Both the position numbers and the translations under genes were made by a program. DNA of 64,000 bases from Pseudoxanthomonas sp. (lineage in GTDB: Bacteria > Pseudomonadota > Gammaproteobacteria > Xanthomonadales > Xanthomonadaceae). The notes beneath the pieces are model-generated. The model searched no databases. It had not been told where the DNA came from and saw only the letters and a list, made by a program, of their open reading frames with translations. The first letter of the stretch is position 1. Each line of letters begins with the position of its first letter. Of the stretch, positions 48,931 to 56,394 are shown one piece after another. The stretch lies in contig NZ_DASYGY010000004.1 in assembly GCF_035999195.1 (NCBI RefSeq), positions 58,827 to 122,826 of the forward strand, read 5' to 3'.

Positions 48931-51428
48931 AGACGCTGGCGCTGGCCTGGCGCCAACTGCGGCGCGACCTCGCCGCGGGCGATGTGCGCATCCTGTTCGC
49001 CGCGCTGGTGCTGGCGGTCGTCGCGGTCACGGCGGTCGGCTTCGTCACCGACCGCGCCGAACGCGCGCTGGCGATCGAAGCGAACCGTCTGCTCGGCGGC
49101 GACGTGGTCGTGCGCGGCGATGCGCCGCCGACCGACGCACTGCGCACGCTGGCGCAAGCCCCCGGCCTGCGCGTGACCGAAACGCAGGAACTGCAGAGCA
49201 TGATCCGCGCCGGCGACTCACTGTCGCTGGGCGATCTGCGTGCGCTGGGCGAAGGGTTTCCCCTGCGCGGCAGCTTCCGCGTGGTCGACCGGCCAGGCGG
49301 CGCCGAGCGCGATGCGGGCGGCATCCCCGCACCGGGCACGCTCTGGATCAGCCAGGCGGGCGCGGAGACGCTGGGCGCCAAGCCCGGCGACGAGATCGGC
49401 ATCGGCACGCGCACGCTGACACTGGCGGCGCTGGTGACGCAGGAACCGGATGCCGCGCTCGACTACTTCAACGTCGCACCGAAAGTCTTCCTCAACCTCG
49501 CCGACCTGCCTTCAACCGGACTGGTGCAGGAAGGCAGTCGCCTGCGCTACCGGCTGGTGGTCGCCGGCGACGCCGCTGCGGTCGAGACGTTCACCGCCGC
49601 AGTGAAGCCGCAGCTCGCGCGTGGCCAGCGCATGGAAACGATCCAGGATGCGCGCCCGGAAGTGCGCTCCGCACTGGATCGTGCCAGCCGCTTCCTCGGC
49701 CTGGCCGCGCTGGTCTCCGTCGTGCTGGCGGCGGTCGCGGTGGCGATGGCGGCGCGCCGGCACAGCGAACGGCATCTGTCCGGCACCGCGGTGATGCGCT
49801 GCCTCGGCGCGCAGCAGCGTACGCTGGTCGGCATCCATGTGGGCGAACTGGTGCTGCTGGGGCTGGCGGCCTGCACGGTCGGCGTGCTGATCGCCTTCGG
49901 CCTGCAGTGGGGCATCGGCAGCTGGCTGCAGCAGTCGCTGAAGATCGACATCCCGCCGGCGGGCCTGATGCCTGCATTGCAGGGGTACGGCGTGGGCATG
50001 ATCGTGCTGCTCGCCTTCGGTGCGCCGCCGGTGCTGGCGCTGCGTCGCGTGCCCGCGCTCCGCGTGCTGCGTCGCGACCTGGACCGCACCGAGCCGAGCG
50101 CCTGGCTGGTGGCGTTGACCGGCTTCGTCGGCCTCGGCGCGCTGCTGTGGTGGAAGGCGGGTTCGCCGACGCTGGGCACGGCGATGCTGGTCGGCATCGT
50201 CGGCACGCTCGCCGTGCTTGCGCTGCTGGCATGGCTGTTGATCGTGCTGGTGCGCCGTGTCCGCTCGCGCCTGCGCGGCAGCCTGCGTTACGGCCTGGCC
50301 AACGTCAGTCGCCGCGCGGGCACGTCGATCGCCCAGGTATCGGCGCTCGGCCTCGGCCTGATGGCGCTGCTGCTGCTGACCTTCGTGCGCACCGACCTGC
50401 TCGACCGCTGGCAGCTGGCGCTGTCGGCGAATGCGCCCAACCGCTTCATCATCAACGTGCAGCCGGACCAGGTGGAGCCGGTGAAGGGTTTCATGCAGGC
50501 ACGCGGCCTGTCGGCAGTCGACCTGTATCCGATGATCCGCGGCCGCCTGGTGGAGCACAACGGCAAGCCCACCAGCGGCGCCGACTACGCGGGTACCGAC
50601 GAGCGCGCGCAACGGCGTGCCGATCGCGAGTTCAACCTGTCGATGGCGGCGACGCTGCGCGACGACAACAAGGTGACGGCCGGCGCGTTCTGGACCGGGC
50701 GTACGCCGGCATCGCCGGAGCTGTCGGTGGAGGAGGAGTTCGCCGAAGACCTGGGCTGGAAGCTCGGCGACGAGGTCGCGTTCGACATCGCCGGCCAGCG
50801 CTTCGAGGGCCGCATCACCAGCCTGCGCAGCGTCGACTGGGAGAGTTTCCGGCCGAACTTCTTCGTGGTCGCATCGCCGGGTGCGCTCGATGGCTACTCG
50901 GCCAGCTACATCACCGCCGTCAGCGTGCCAGCGGGCGACAGCGCCTTCACCCGCGACCTGGTCAACCAGTATCCCAACCTGTCGGTGATCGATGTGGAAG
51001 CGGTGCTCAACCAGGTGCGCAGCACGGCGGAGCAGGTCTCCCAGGTGGTGCAGGTGGTGTTCTGGTTCTCGCTGGCGGCCGGCCTGCTGGTACTGATGGC
51101 CGCGGTGAGTGCGAGCCAGGACGAGCGCTTGCTGGAAGGCGGCGTGATGCGCGTGCTCGGCGGCAGCCGTCGCCAGCTGCGCTTGGCGCAGGCGTCCGAG
51201 TTCGCGGCCATCGGGCTGCTGTCGGGCCTGGTCGCGGCGATCGCCGCGTCGGTGCTCTCCGGCGTGGTCGCCACGCAGGTATTCGACCTGCCGTGGAAGG
51301 CCAACTGGCAGCTGGCGGCCATCGGCGGTGGCCTCGGCATGCTGGCCGCACTCGGTACCGGTCTGTTCGCCACCCGCAAGGTGCTGGACGCGCCGCCGTC
51401 GGTGACGCTGCGCGAGCTGCAGGGCTGA
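48927..51428 (+). CDS. ABC transporter permease, duplicated FtsX/MacB type (YbbP-like)
   Basis: Two FtsX-like halves; APNRFIINVQPDQ, R.VDWESFRPNFF. Confidence 0.9.
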   Translation: MKTLALAWRQLRRDLAAGDVRILFAALVLAVVAVTAVGFVTDRAERALAIEANRLLGGDVVVRGDAPPTDALRTLAQAPGLRVTETQELQSMIRAGDSLSLGDLRALGEGFPLRGSFRVVDRPGGAERDAGGIPAPGTLWISQAGAETLGAKPGDEIGIGTRTLTLAALVTQEPDAALDYFNVAPKVFLNLADLPSTGLVQEGSRLRYRLVVAGDAAAVETFTAAVKPQLARGQRMETIQDARPEVRSALDRASRFLGLAALVSVVLAAVAVAMAARRHSERHLSGTAVMRCLGAQQRTLVGIHVGELVLLGLAACTVGVLIAFGLQWGIGSWLQQSLKIDIPPAGLMPALQGYGVGMIVLLAFGAPPVLALRRVPALRVLRRDLDRTEPSAWLVALTGFVGLGALLWWKAGSPTLGTAMLVGIVGTLAVLALLAWLLIVLVRRVRSRLRGSLRYGLANVSRRAGTSIAQVSALGLGLMALLLLTFVRTDLLDRWQLALSANAPNRFIINVQPDQVEPVKGFMQARGLSAVDLYPMIRGRLVEHNGKPTSGADYAGTDERAQRRADREFNLSMAATLRDDNKVTAGAFWTGRTPASPELSVEEEFAEDLGWKLGDEVAFDIAGQRFEGRITSLRSVDWESFRPNFFVVASPGALDGYSASYITAVSVPAGDSAFTRDLVNQYPNLSVIDVEAVLNQVRSTAEQVSQVVQVVFWFSLAAGLLVLMAAVSASQDERLLEGGVMRVLGGSRRQLRLAQASEFAAIGLLSGLVAAIAASVLSGVVATQVFDLPWKANWQLAAIGGGLGMLAALGTGLFATRKVLDAPPSVTLRELQG

Positions 51429-51441
51429 TGCTTCTTGCTGA

Positions 51442-51508
51442 TGTGGGAGCGACGTAAGTCGCGATGAGGCTTTACCGGTACCCGTTCGCGACTTACGTCG
51501 CTCCCACA
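51442..51508. repeat. REP doublet (family A)
   Basis: tgtgggagcgacgtaagtcgcga ... tcgcgacttacgtcgctcccaca; spacer similar to the 8111 copy. Confidence 0.9.
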
Positions 51509-51525
51509 CAAGCAATGGCAGCTTT

Positions 51526-51557
51526 AAAAAAAAGGGGCGAGCCGAAGCTCACCCCTT
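51526..51557 (-). terminator. Intrinsic terminator of rtcB, overlapping its stop codon
   Basis: aaggggtgagc-ttcg-gctcgcccctt then a T tract on the minus strand. Confidence 0.8.
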
Positions 51558-52772
51558 GATGCACACCACCTGGCGCAGCGTGTGGACGATCTCCACCAGG
51601 TCGGACTGCGCGGCCATGACCGCGTCGATGTCCTTGTAGGCGGCCGGCGACTCGTCGATCACGCCGGCATCCTTGCGGCATTCGACGTGCGCCGTGGCCT
51701 CGCGGTGCTGCGACAGCGTGATCTGCTGGCGCGCGGCGGTACGGCTCATCACGCGGCCTGCCCCGTGGCTGCAGCTGTGGAAGCTGTCCGCGTTGCCCTT
51801 GCCGCGCACGATGAAGCTCTTCGCGCCCATGCTGCCGGGGATGATCCCCAGTTCGCCTGCGCGCGCGCTCACCGCGCCCTTGCGCGTCACCAGCAGGTCC
51901 ACGCCGCCGTGCGTTTCCTTCTGCACGTAGTTGTGGTGGCAGTTCACCGCCATCTTCTCCAGCTGGAACTTCGGCAGGCGGTGGCGCATCTCCGCCAGTA
52001 CGCGCGACATCATCGCTTCGCGGTTCTCGCGGGCGTAGTCCTGAGCCCACGACACCGCTTCCACGTAGTCGTCGAACAGGGGCTCGCCTTCCATGAAGAA
52101 GGCCAGGTCCTTGTCCGGCAGGTGGAAGCCCAGCACACGGTGCGCCAGTTGCTCGCGCGCCCGCTCGATGAAGTAGTTGCCGATCAGGTTGCCGGTGCCG
52201 CGCGACCCGCTGTGCAGCATCACCCACACGGCATCGCTTTCGTCGAGGCAGAGCTCGATGAAGTGGTTGCCGCCGCCCAGTGTGCCGATCTGGCGATCCA
52301 GCTTGTCGGTACGGATCCTGCGGTGCTTCTCCTTGATCACGTCGAGTCGCTCGGCCAGCCCCGACTGCGCGATGCGCGTGCCGATGCTGTCCGGCAGCTT
52401 CCAGTGCTCGCCGCCACGGCCGTTGCCGACCGGCACGCTGCGCTCGATGCCCGAGCGCAGTTGCGCCAGGCTGTCGGGCAGGTCCTTCGCGCGCAGCGTG
52501 GTGCGCACCGCGGCCATGCCGCAGCCGATGTCCACGCCGACCGCCGCCGGGATGATCGCGCCGCGGGTCGGGATGACCGAACCCACCGTCGCACCCTTGC
52601 CCAGGTGCACGTCGGGCATCACCGCGACCCACGGCCCGACGAACGGGATGGAGGCGATGTTTTGCAGCTGCTCGTGGGCCTGCTGTTCCAGCGGCACGCC
52701 GCGCACCCAGCCCTTGATCGGCGTGGTGCTGCCCTCGGCGTGCAGCAGTTCGAATCGGGATTGCATGTTCAT
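51549..52772 (-). CDS. rtcB: RNA 2',3'-cyclic/3'-phosphate-5'-OH ligase RtcB
   Basis: MPDVHLGKG, AVGVDIGCG, GTLGGGNHFIE, MLHSGSRG, HHNY, GSMG, CSHGAGR, DESPAAYK. Confidence 0.96.
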   Translation of the reverse strand: MNMQSRFELLHAEGSTTPIKGWVRGVPLEQQAHEQLQNIASIPFVGPWVAVMPDVHLGKGATVGSVIPTRGAIIPAAVGVDIGCGMAAVRTTLRAKDLPDSLAQLRSGIERSVPVGNGRGGEHWKLPDSIGTRIAQSGLAERLDVIKEKHRRIRTDKLDRQIGTLGGGNHFIELCLDESDAVWVMLHSGSRGTGNLIGNYFIERAREQLAHRVLGFHLPDKDLAFFMEGEPLFDDYVEAVSWAQDYARENREAMMSRVLAEMRHRLPKFQLEKMAVNCHHNYVQKETHGGVDLLVTRKGAVSARAGELGIIPGSMGAKSFIVRGKGNADSFHSCSHGAGRVMSRTAARQQITLSQHREATAHVECRKDAGVIDESPAAYKDIDAVMAAQSDLVEIVHTLRQVVCIKG

Positions 52773-52800
52773 GTGTTCACTCCATTGAAAGGATGAAGCC

Positions 52801-52962
52801 CCTTCCCCCGCAAGCGGGGAAGGTCGGGATGGGGGCGAACGGCACCGCAGCGCCGTATCGCGCCAGAGGTTGGGCCGCGTTCCCGCGCTCTCCATGCGCT
52901 GACGCGTGCCATGCTCCGGCGTGCCCCCACCCCAGCCCTCCCCCGTGAACGGGGGAGGGGGC
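52801..52962. repeat. Inverted pair of family C REP-like hairpin elements between slipin and rtcB
   Basis: ccttcccccgcaagcggggaaggtcgggatgggggc (52801-52836) vs gcccccaccccagccctcccccgtgaacgggggagggggc (52923-52962). Confidence 0.6.
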
Positions 52963-52971
52963 AGGTTCCTG

Positions 52972-54090
52972 CTACTTCAACGTCACCAGCTGCTTCAGCA
53001 CGCCATCCAGGCCGCCGAACACGGTGAGCTTGTCGATCTTCTCGGTGACCTTCTCCAGGGCCTCGAGCTCCTTCAGGCGCATCAGCACCGGCGACTCGTC
53101 GATCAGCTTCGCGGTGTTGAGCAGGGAACGCGTGGCGTTCGCCTCCTCGCGGCGGCGGATCACGTTGGCTTGCGCCGTCTTCTCCGCCTGCACCACCCCG
53201 TTGAGGATCTCCTTCATCTCGCCCGGCAGGATCACGTCCTTCACGCCCACGCCCAGCACCTCGACGCCGAAGCCGGTCAACTGGCCGCGCACGTAGGCGA
53301 AGATGTCGGCGTCCAGCGAGGCCTTGTCGCCCAGCAGTTCGTCCAGCGTCCTGGCCGCGACCGCCTTGCGCAGGCCGTACTGCAGCTCGCGGTAGACGAA
53401 GTCGCCGACCTTCGCGACCTTGGTGCGCGCGGCCACCACGTCGGTGACGCGTGTGCTGGCGGCCAGGTTCACGCGCAGGCTGACCTTGTCGCGGGTCAGC
53501 AGCTCCTGGCCCGACACTTCGATCGTCTGCACGCGCAGGTCGACGATGTCCACGACCACGTTCTTCTGGAAATTCCAGAAGGCGTAGGAACCCGCGGACA
53601 ACGTGCGCTCGAGCTTGCCGTCGATGAACACCAGGCCGGCGAACTCCGCCGGCACATCGGCCACCACGGCCAGCTTCGACAACGTGCCCAACTGGCGCAG
53701 GCGACGCGCGACGGCACCCTCGACGTCCAGCGAGGCCAGCGTCACCGCCTGCACCTCGACCTTCACCAGGCCGATCCAGTACAGGCGCCGCGTGCCGGGC
53801 GGCAGCACGTCTTCCAGCTTGCCGTTCTTCAGCACCAGGCCGACCTTGTCCACGCCGATGTCGGCATGCACGAAGACCTCGCCCAGGCGTTCGCCCAGGC
53901 CCGCGATCAGCGCGTCGACGTCATGGCCGGAATACTCCGGCGATGCGATGTTGAAGGTGCGCACCTCGGTCCGACCCATCGGGTCGAACCAGCGGTACAC
54001 GCCGGGTGCGAGCACGCGCTCGAACCGAAGGTTGCGATACACCAGGCCGCGCTCGCCGTCACCGATCACGACCCTCTTGGTCCAGAACAT
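52972..54090 (-). CDS. SPFH/band-7 domain protein (slipin family), no TM segment
   Basis: ERGLV repeats; VDLRVQTIEVSGQELLTRDKVSLRVNL, VKDVILPGEMK, AQANVIRRREE, LKELEALE; AAGGAG RBS. Confidence 0.88.
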   Translation of the reverse strand: MFWTKRVVIGDGERGLVYRNLRFERVLAPGVYRWFDPMGRTEVRTFNIASPEYSGHDVDALIAGLGERLGEVFVHADIGVDKVGLVLKNGKLEDVLPPGTRRLYWIGLVKVEVQAVTLASLDVEGAVARRLRQLGTLSKLAVVADVPAEFAGLVFIDGKLERTLSAGSYAFWNFQKNVVVDIVDLRVQTIEVSGQELLTRDKVSLRVNLAASTRVTDVVAARTKVAKVGDFVYRELQYGLRKAVAARTLDELLGDKASLDADIFAYVRGQLTGFGVEVLGVGVKDVILPGEMKEILNGVVQAEKTAQANVIRRREEANATRSLLNTAKLIDESPVLMRLKELEALEKVTEKIDKLTVFGGLDGVLKQLVTLK

Positions 54091-54457
54091 GGCGTTGTTC
54101 TCCTTGTTGGCTCTGGTGGTTCGATCCGGATCCAACGGATCGCCGCGGTGGATCGAGTCCCGCGACGAACGGTGCCCATCGCGATGCGCGATCGGCGGAA
54201 GAAGGTGGAAACGCCCCTGGACGAGGGCGGTGCGGGCGACCGGCGCTGTCGGCGGACGCATCGCAGCGAGGGCGCAGTCCATGGACTGCGTCGAACGCTG
54301 CGCGCGTCCGCGTCGAGGGCGCGGTGCCGGCACCATCCCCGCTGCGATGCATCGTCTTCCTGCATTCCTTCGCGGAAAGGCGTTGCGCCGCACGGGGCGT
54401 TTCCTGGGGGGACTTTCGTCCCGGTGTCATGACGTGACAGGTCATGTGCCCTTGCAG

Positions 54458-54531
54458 GCGTTGGAGCGGGAATCGAACCCGCGACAGTCGGATTAACCGT
54501 CCGATGCTCTAACCATCTGAGCTATCCAGTG
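54458..54531 (-). tRNA. Aberrant tRNA-like element, Asn-type GTT anticodon (G33, broken acceptor stem, no encoded CCA)
   Basis: TA-GCTC-AGATGGTTA-GAGC-A-TCGGA-CGGTTAA-TCCGA-CTGTC-GCGGG-TTCGATT-CCCGC; acceptor pairs 5 of 7. Confidence 0.7.
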
Positions 54532-54601
54532 GTGGACGAACCGGATTCGAACCGGTGGCCAACGGCATGCGCCGCTGCTCTCCCACGCTGAGCTATCGTC
54601 C
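54530..54601 (-). tRNA. Aberrant tRNA-like element with 4-nt anticodon loop (GCAT), 6-bp acceptor stem and encoded CCA
   Basis: GGACGA-TA-GCTC-AGCGTGGGA-GAGC-A-GCGGC-GCAT-GCCGT-TGGCC-ACCGG-TTCGAAT-CCGGT-TCGTCC-ACCA. Confidence 0.7.
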
Positions 54602-54944
54602 GCTCGAGGAACACCGTCTCCCACGCTTCGGCATACGCCACGGCAGCGCCGCGCGCACCGGACGGGATACAAACCCGTGCCGCTGTCGCGTGTTCGATCG
54701 ATGCTCCGCATTGCCGGCGGTCGCCCACCGGCAATCCGTTCGGGCGCCATGCGCCCTTGTCGGCGTTCTCTCCACGTGCAGCCCGCATCGGGGCATCACG
54801 ACGCAGCGCACATGCGCCAGTCGCAGCCGCGCCCCTGCATCGGGGCGCGCACGCGCGCTACCCGGATGCCCCAGGGCGGAAAAGGATTTCCGTGGTGGAA
54901 AGAGACGAACCTGTTCGATGCATGCGCATCCTCCGCGAACGCTG

Positions 54945-55018
54945 AAAACAAAACGCCCCCGGGACTTGCGACCCGAGGGCGTTCGCGTTCCTCGGGAGAT
55001 CGGGGTGGCCGATCTCCC
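54945..55018 (-). terminator. Attenuator: protector hairpin / antiterminator / intrinsic terminator
   Basis: GGGAGATCGG-ccacc-CCGATCTCCC (55018-54994); CCCGAGG..CCTCGGG (54996-54972); AACGCCCTCGGG-tcgcaagt-CCCGGGGGCGTT-ttgtttt (54983-54945). Confidence 0.75.
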
Positions 55019-55035
55019 AGGGAGTCAGCCGGATG

Positions 55036-55158
55036 TCAGAAGTCCAGGTGCCGTGCGCGTTCGGTACCGCGCAGGTCGCTGCCGTTCGCACGCAGCGCCA
55101 GGCCGCAGCGTGATGGCTGCAGGGCGGGCTTGCTGTCGAAGGAATAGGCGGGCTTCAT
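55036..55158 (-). CDS. Putative 40-aa leader peptide MKPAYSFDSKPALQPSRCGLALRANGSDLRGTERARHLDF
   Basis: ATG about 43 nt after the predicted TSS; stop 17 nt before the attenuator; no Shine-Dalgarno. Confidence 0.5.
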   Translation of the reverse strand: MKPAYSFDSKPALQPSRCGLALRANGSDLRGTERARHLDF

Positions 55159-55200
55159 GGGAAGAATTCGATTGCTGAAAAAACGGCCATGTGGCCGACG

Positions 55201-55258
55201 GGCGCGGACGATACGCCGCTTGTTTGCGGAGCGCAACACTTTTTTGATCTTATTTTCG
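55201..55258 (-). promoter_or_regulatory. Sigma70 promoter with UP element and GC-rich discriminator
   Basis: TTGCGC (55236-55231)-N17-TATCGT (55213-55208); upstream aaaataagatcaaaaaa; downstream ccgcgcc. Confidence 0.65.
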
Positions 55259-55337
55259 ATGGCCGACCGATGGCGTCGGAAAGAAGCACCAGCGGCTGCC
55301 GCTAGAATGACGCACCCCGTCCTTCGCGCCTCGCACC

Positions 55338-56390
55338 GTGGCCTCCATATTCTCCGATCCCGCGCTCGACGCGCTGATGCTGCCCTTTGCGCAGGGCCAA
55401 CTCGCCTGGCCCGAAGGTCGGGTCCTGTTCCTGCGCGCGCGCGATGGCGCCGCGTTGCGCCAGTTCCCGCTGCCGCAGCTGGTATGCGAACAGAGTTTCC
55501 GCCCCGATGCCGAACTGCTGGAACGCGCGGGACTGCGCGTGGTGGCCGACGCGGCCGATGACGGTGCGCGCTATCCGCTGGTGCTGGTGTTGCCGCCGCG
55601 CCAGCGCGAAGAAGCGCGCGCGTTGCTCGCGCGCGCCGTGCAACTGGCGGCGCCCGACGGCGTCGTCGTCGCCGCGATGACCAACAACGAGGGCGCCAAA
55701 TCGGGCGAAGCCGACCTGAAGCAACTCGCGGGCCTGGCCGGCACGCTGACCAAGTTCCATTGCCGCACGTTCTGGACGCGCAGGCGCGCGGACAGCATCG
55801 ACGACGCGTTGCTCGCGCAATGGTCGGCGCTGGACGCGCCACGCCGGATCGAGAGTGGCCGCTACCTCAGCCGTCCGGGCGTGTTCGCCTGGAACCGGAT
55901 CGATCCGGCTTCCGCGCTGCTGGTCGAATGCCTGCCGACGGATATCGCCGGACACGGCGCCGACCTGGGCGCGGGATGGGGATTCCTGTCGCTGTCGCTG
56001 CTGGCGCGCAATCCCGCCATCGCCGCGCTCGATCTCTACGAAGCCGAGGCACGCGCGTTGTCGCTGGCCAAGGCGAACCTCGCGGATGCCGGTGCGAGCG
56101 CAACGCTCGATTTCCACTGGCACGACGTCACCGCGGGATTGCCCCAGCGCTACGACTTCATCGTCAGCAACCCCCCTTTCCACACGCAGAGCCGTGCGGA
56201 CCGTCCGGACATCGGCCAGCGCTTCATCACGGCCGCAGCCGCCGCGCTCAAGCCGGGCGGGCGCCTGTGGCTGGTGGCCAACCGCCACCTGCCGTACGAG
56301 CAGACCTTGAACGACCGCTTCGGCGAGGTGCGCGTGGCCGGCGAACGCGACGGTTTCAAGGTCATCGCGGCAACCAGGGCGAGGCGGTGA
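55338..56390 (+). CDS. Class I SAM-dependent methyltransferase, RsmC/RlmG (MTS) family
   Basis: SRPGVFAW.RID.AS.LL, DLGAGWG, NPPFH, LWLVANRHLPYE. Confidence 0.88.
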   Translation: MASIFSDPALDALMLPFAQGQLAWPEGRVLFLRARDGAALRQFPLPQLVCEQSFRPDAELLERAGLRVVADAADDGARYPLVLVLPPRQREEARALLARAVQLAAPDGVVVAAMTNNEGAKSGEADLKQLAGLAGTLTKFHCRTFWTRRRADSIDDALLAQWSALDAPRRIESGRYLSRPGVFAWNRIDPASALLVECLPTDIAGHGADLGAGWGFLSLSLLARNPAIAALDLYEAEARALSLAKANLADAGASATLDFHWHDVTAGLPQRYDFIVSNPPFHTQSRADRPDIGQRFITAAAAALKPGGRLWLVANRHLPYEQTLNDRFGEVRVAGERDGFKVIAATRARR

Positions 56391-56394
56391 GCGC

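Larger units (their letters stand above)
54110..54944 (-). ncRNA. Putative long structured non-coding RNA region containing the tRNA-like elements
   Basis: No convincing ORF; many perfect stems and GNRA loops (GAAA 54414-54417, GCGA 54721-54724) on the minus strand. Confidence 0.5.

Noticed and set aside
54458-54601. Functional tRNA-Asn/tRNA-Met genes, or canonical Y RNA (YrlA)
   Set aside because: G33 with acceptor mismatches in one and a 4-nt anticodon loop in the other preclude normal decoding. Arm order is not permuted as in YrlA and no Ro60 gene is in the window, though one elsewhere cannot be excluded
54458-54601. tRNA fragments as a prophage or island attachment site
   Set aside because: No integrase, no duplicated tRNA 3' end and no phage genes in the window
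54858-55091. 77-aa ORF crossing the attenuator (+1 frame relative to the leader)
   Set aside because: GTG start without RBS and no coding features. Noted only because a frameshifting ribosome from the leader would enter it; no evidence for that
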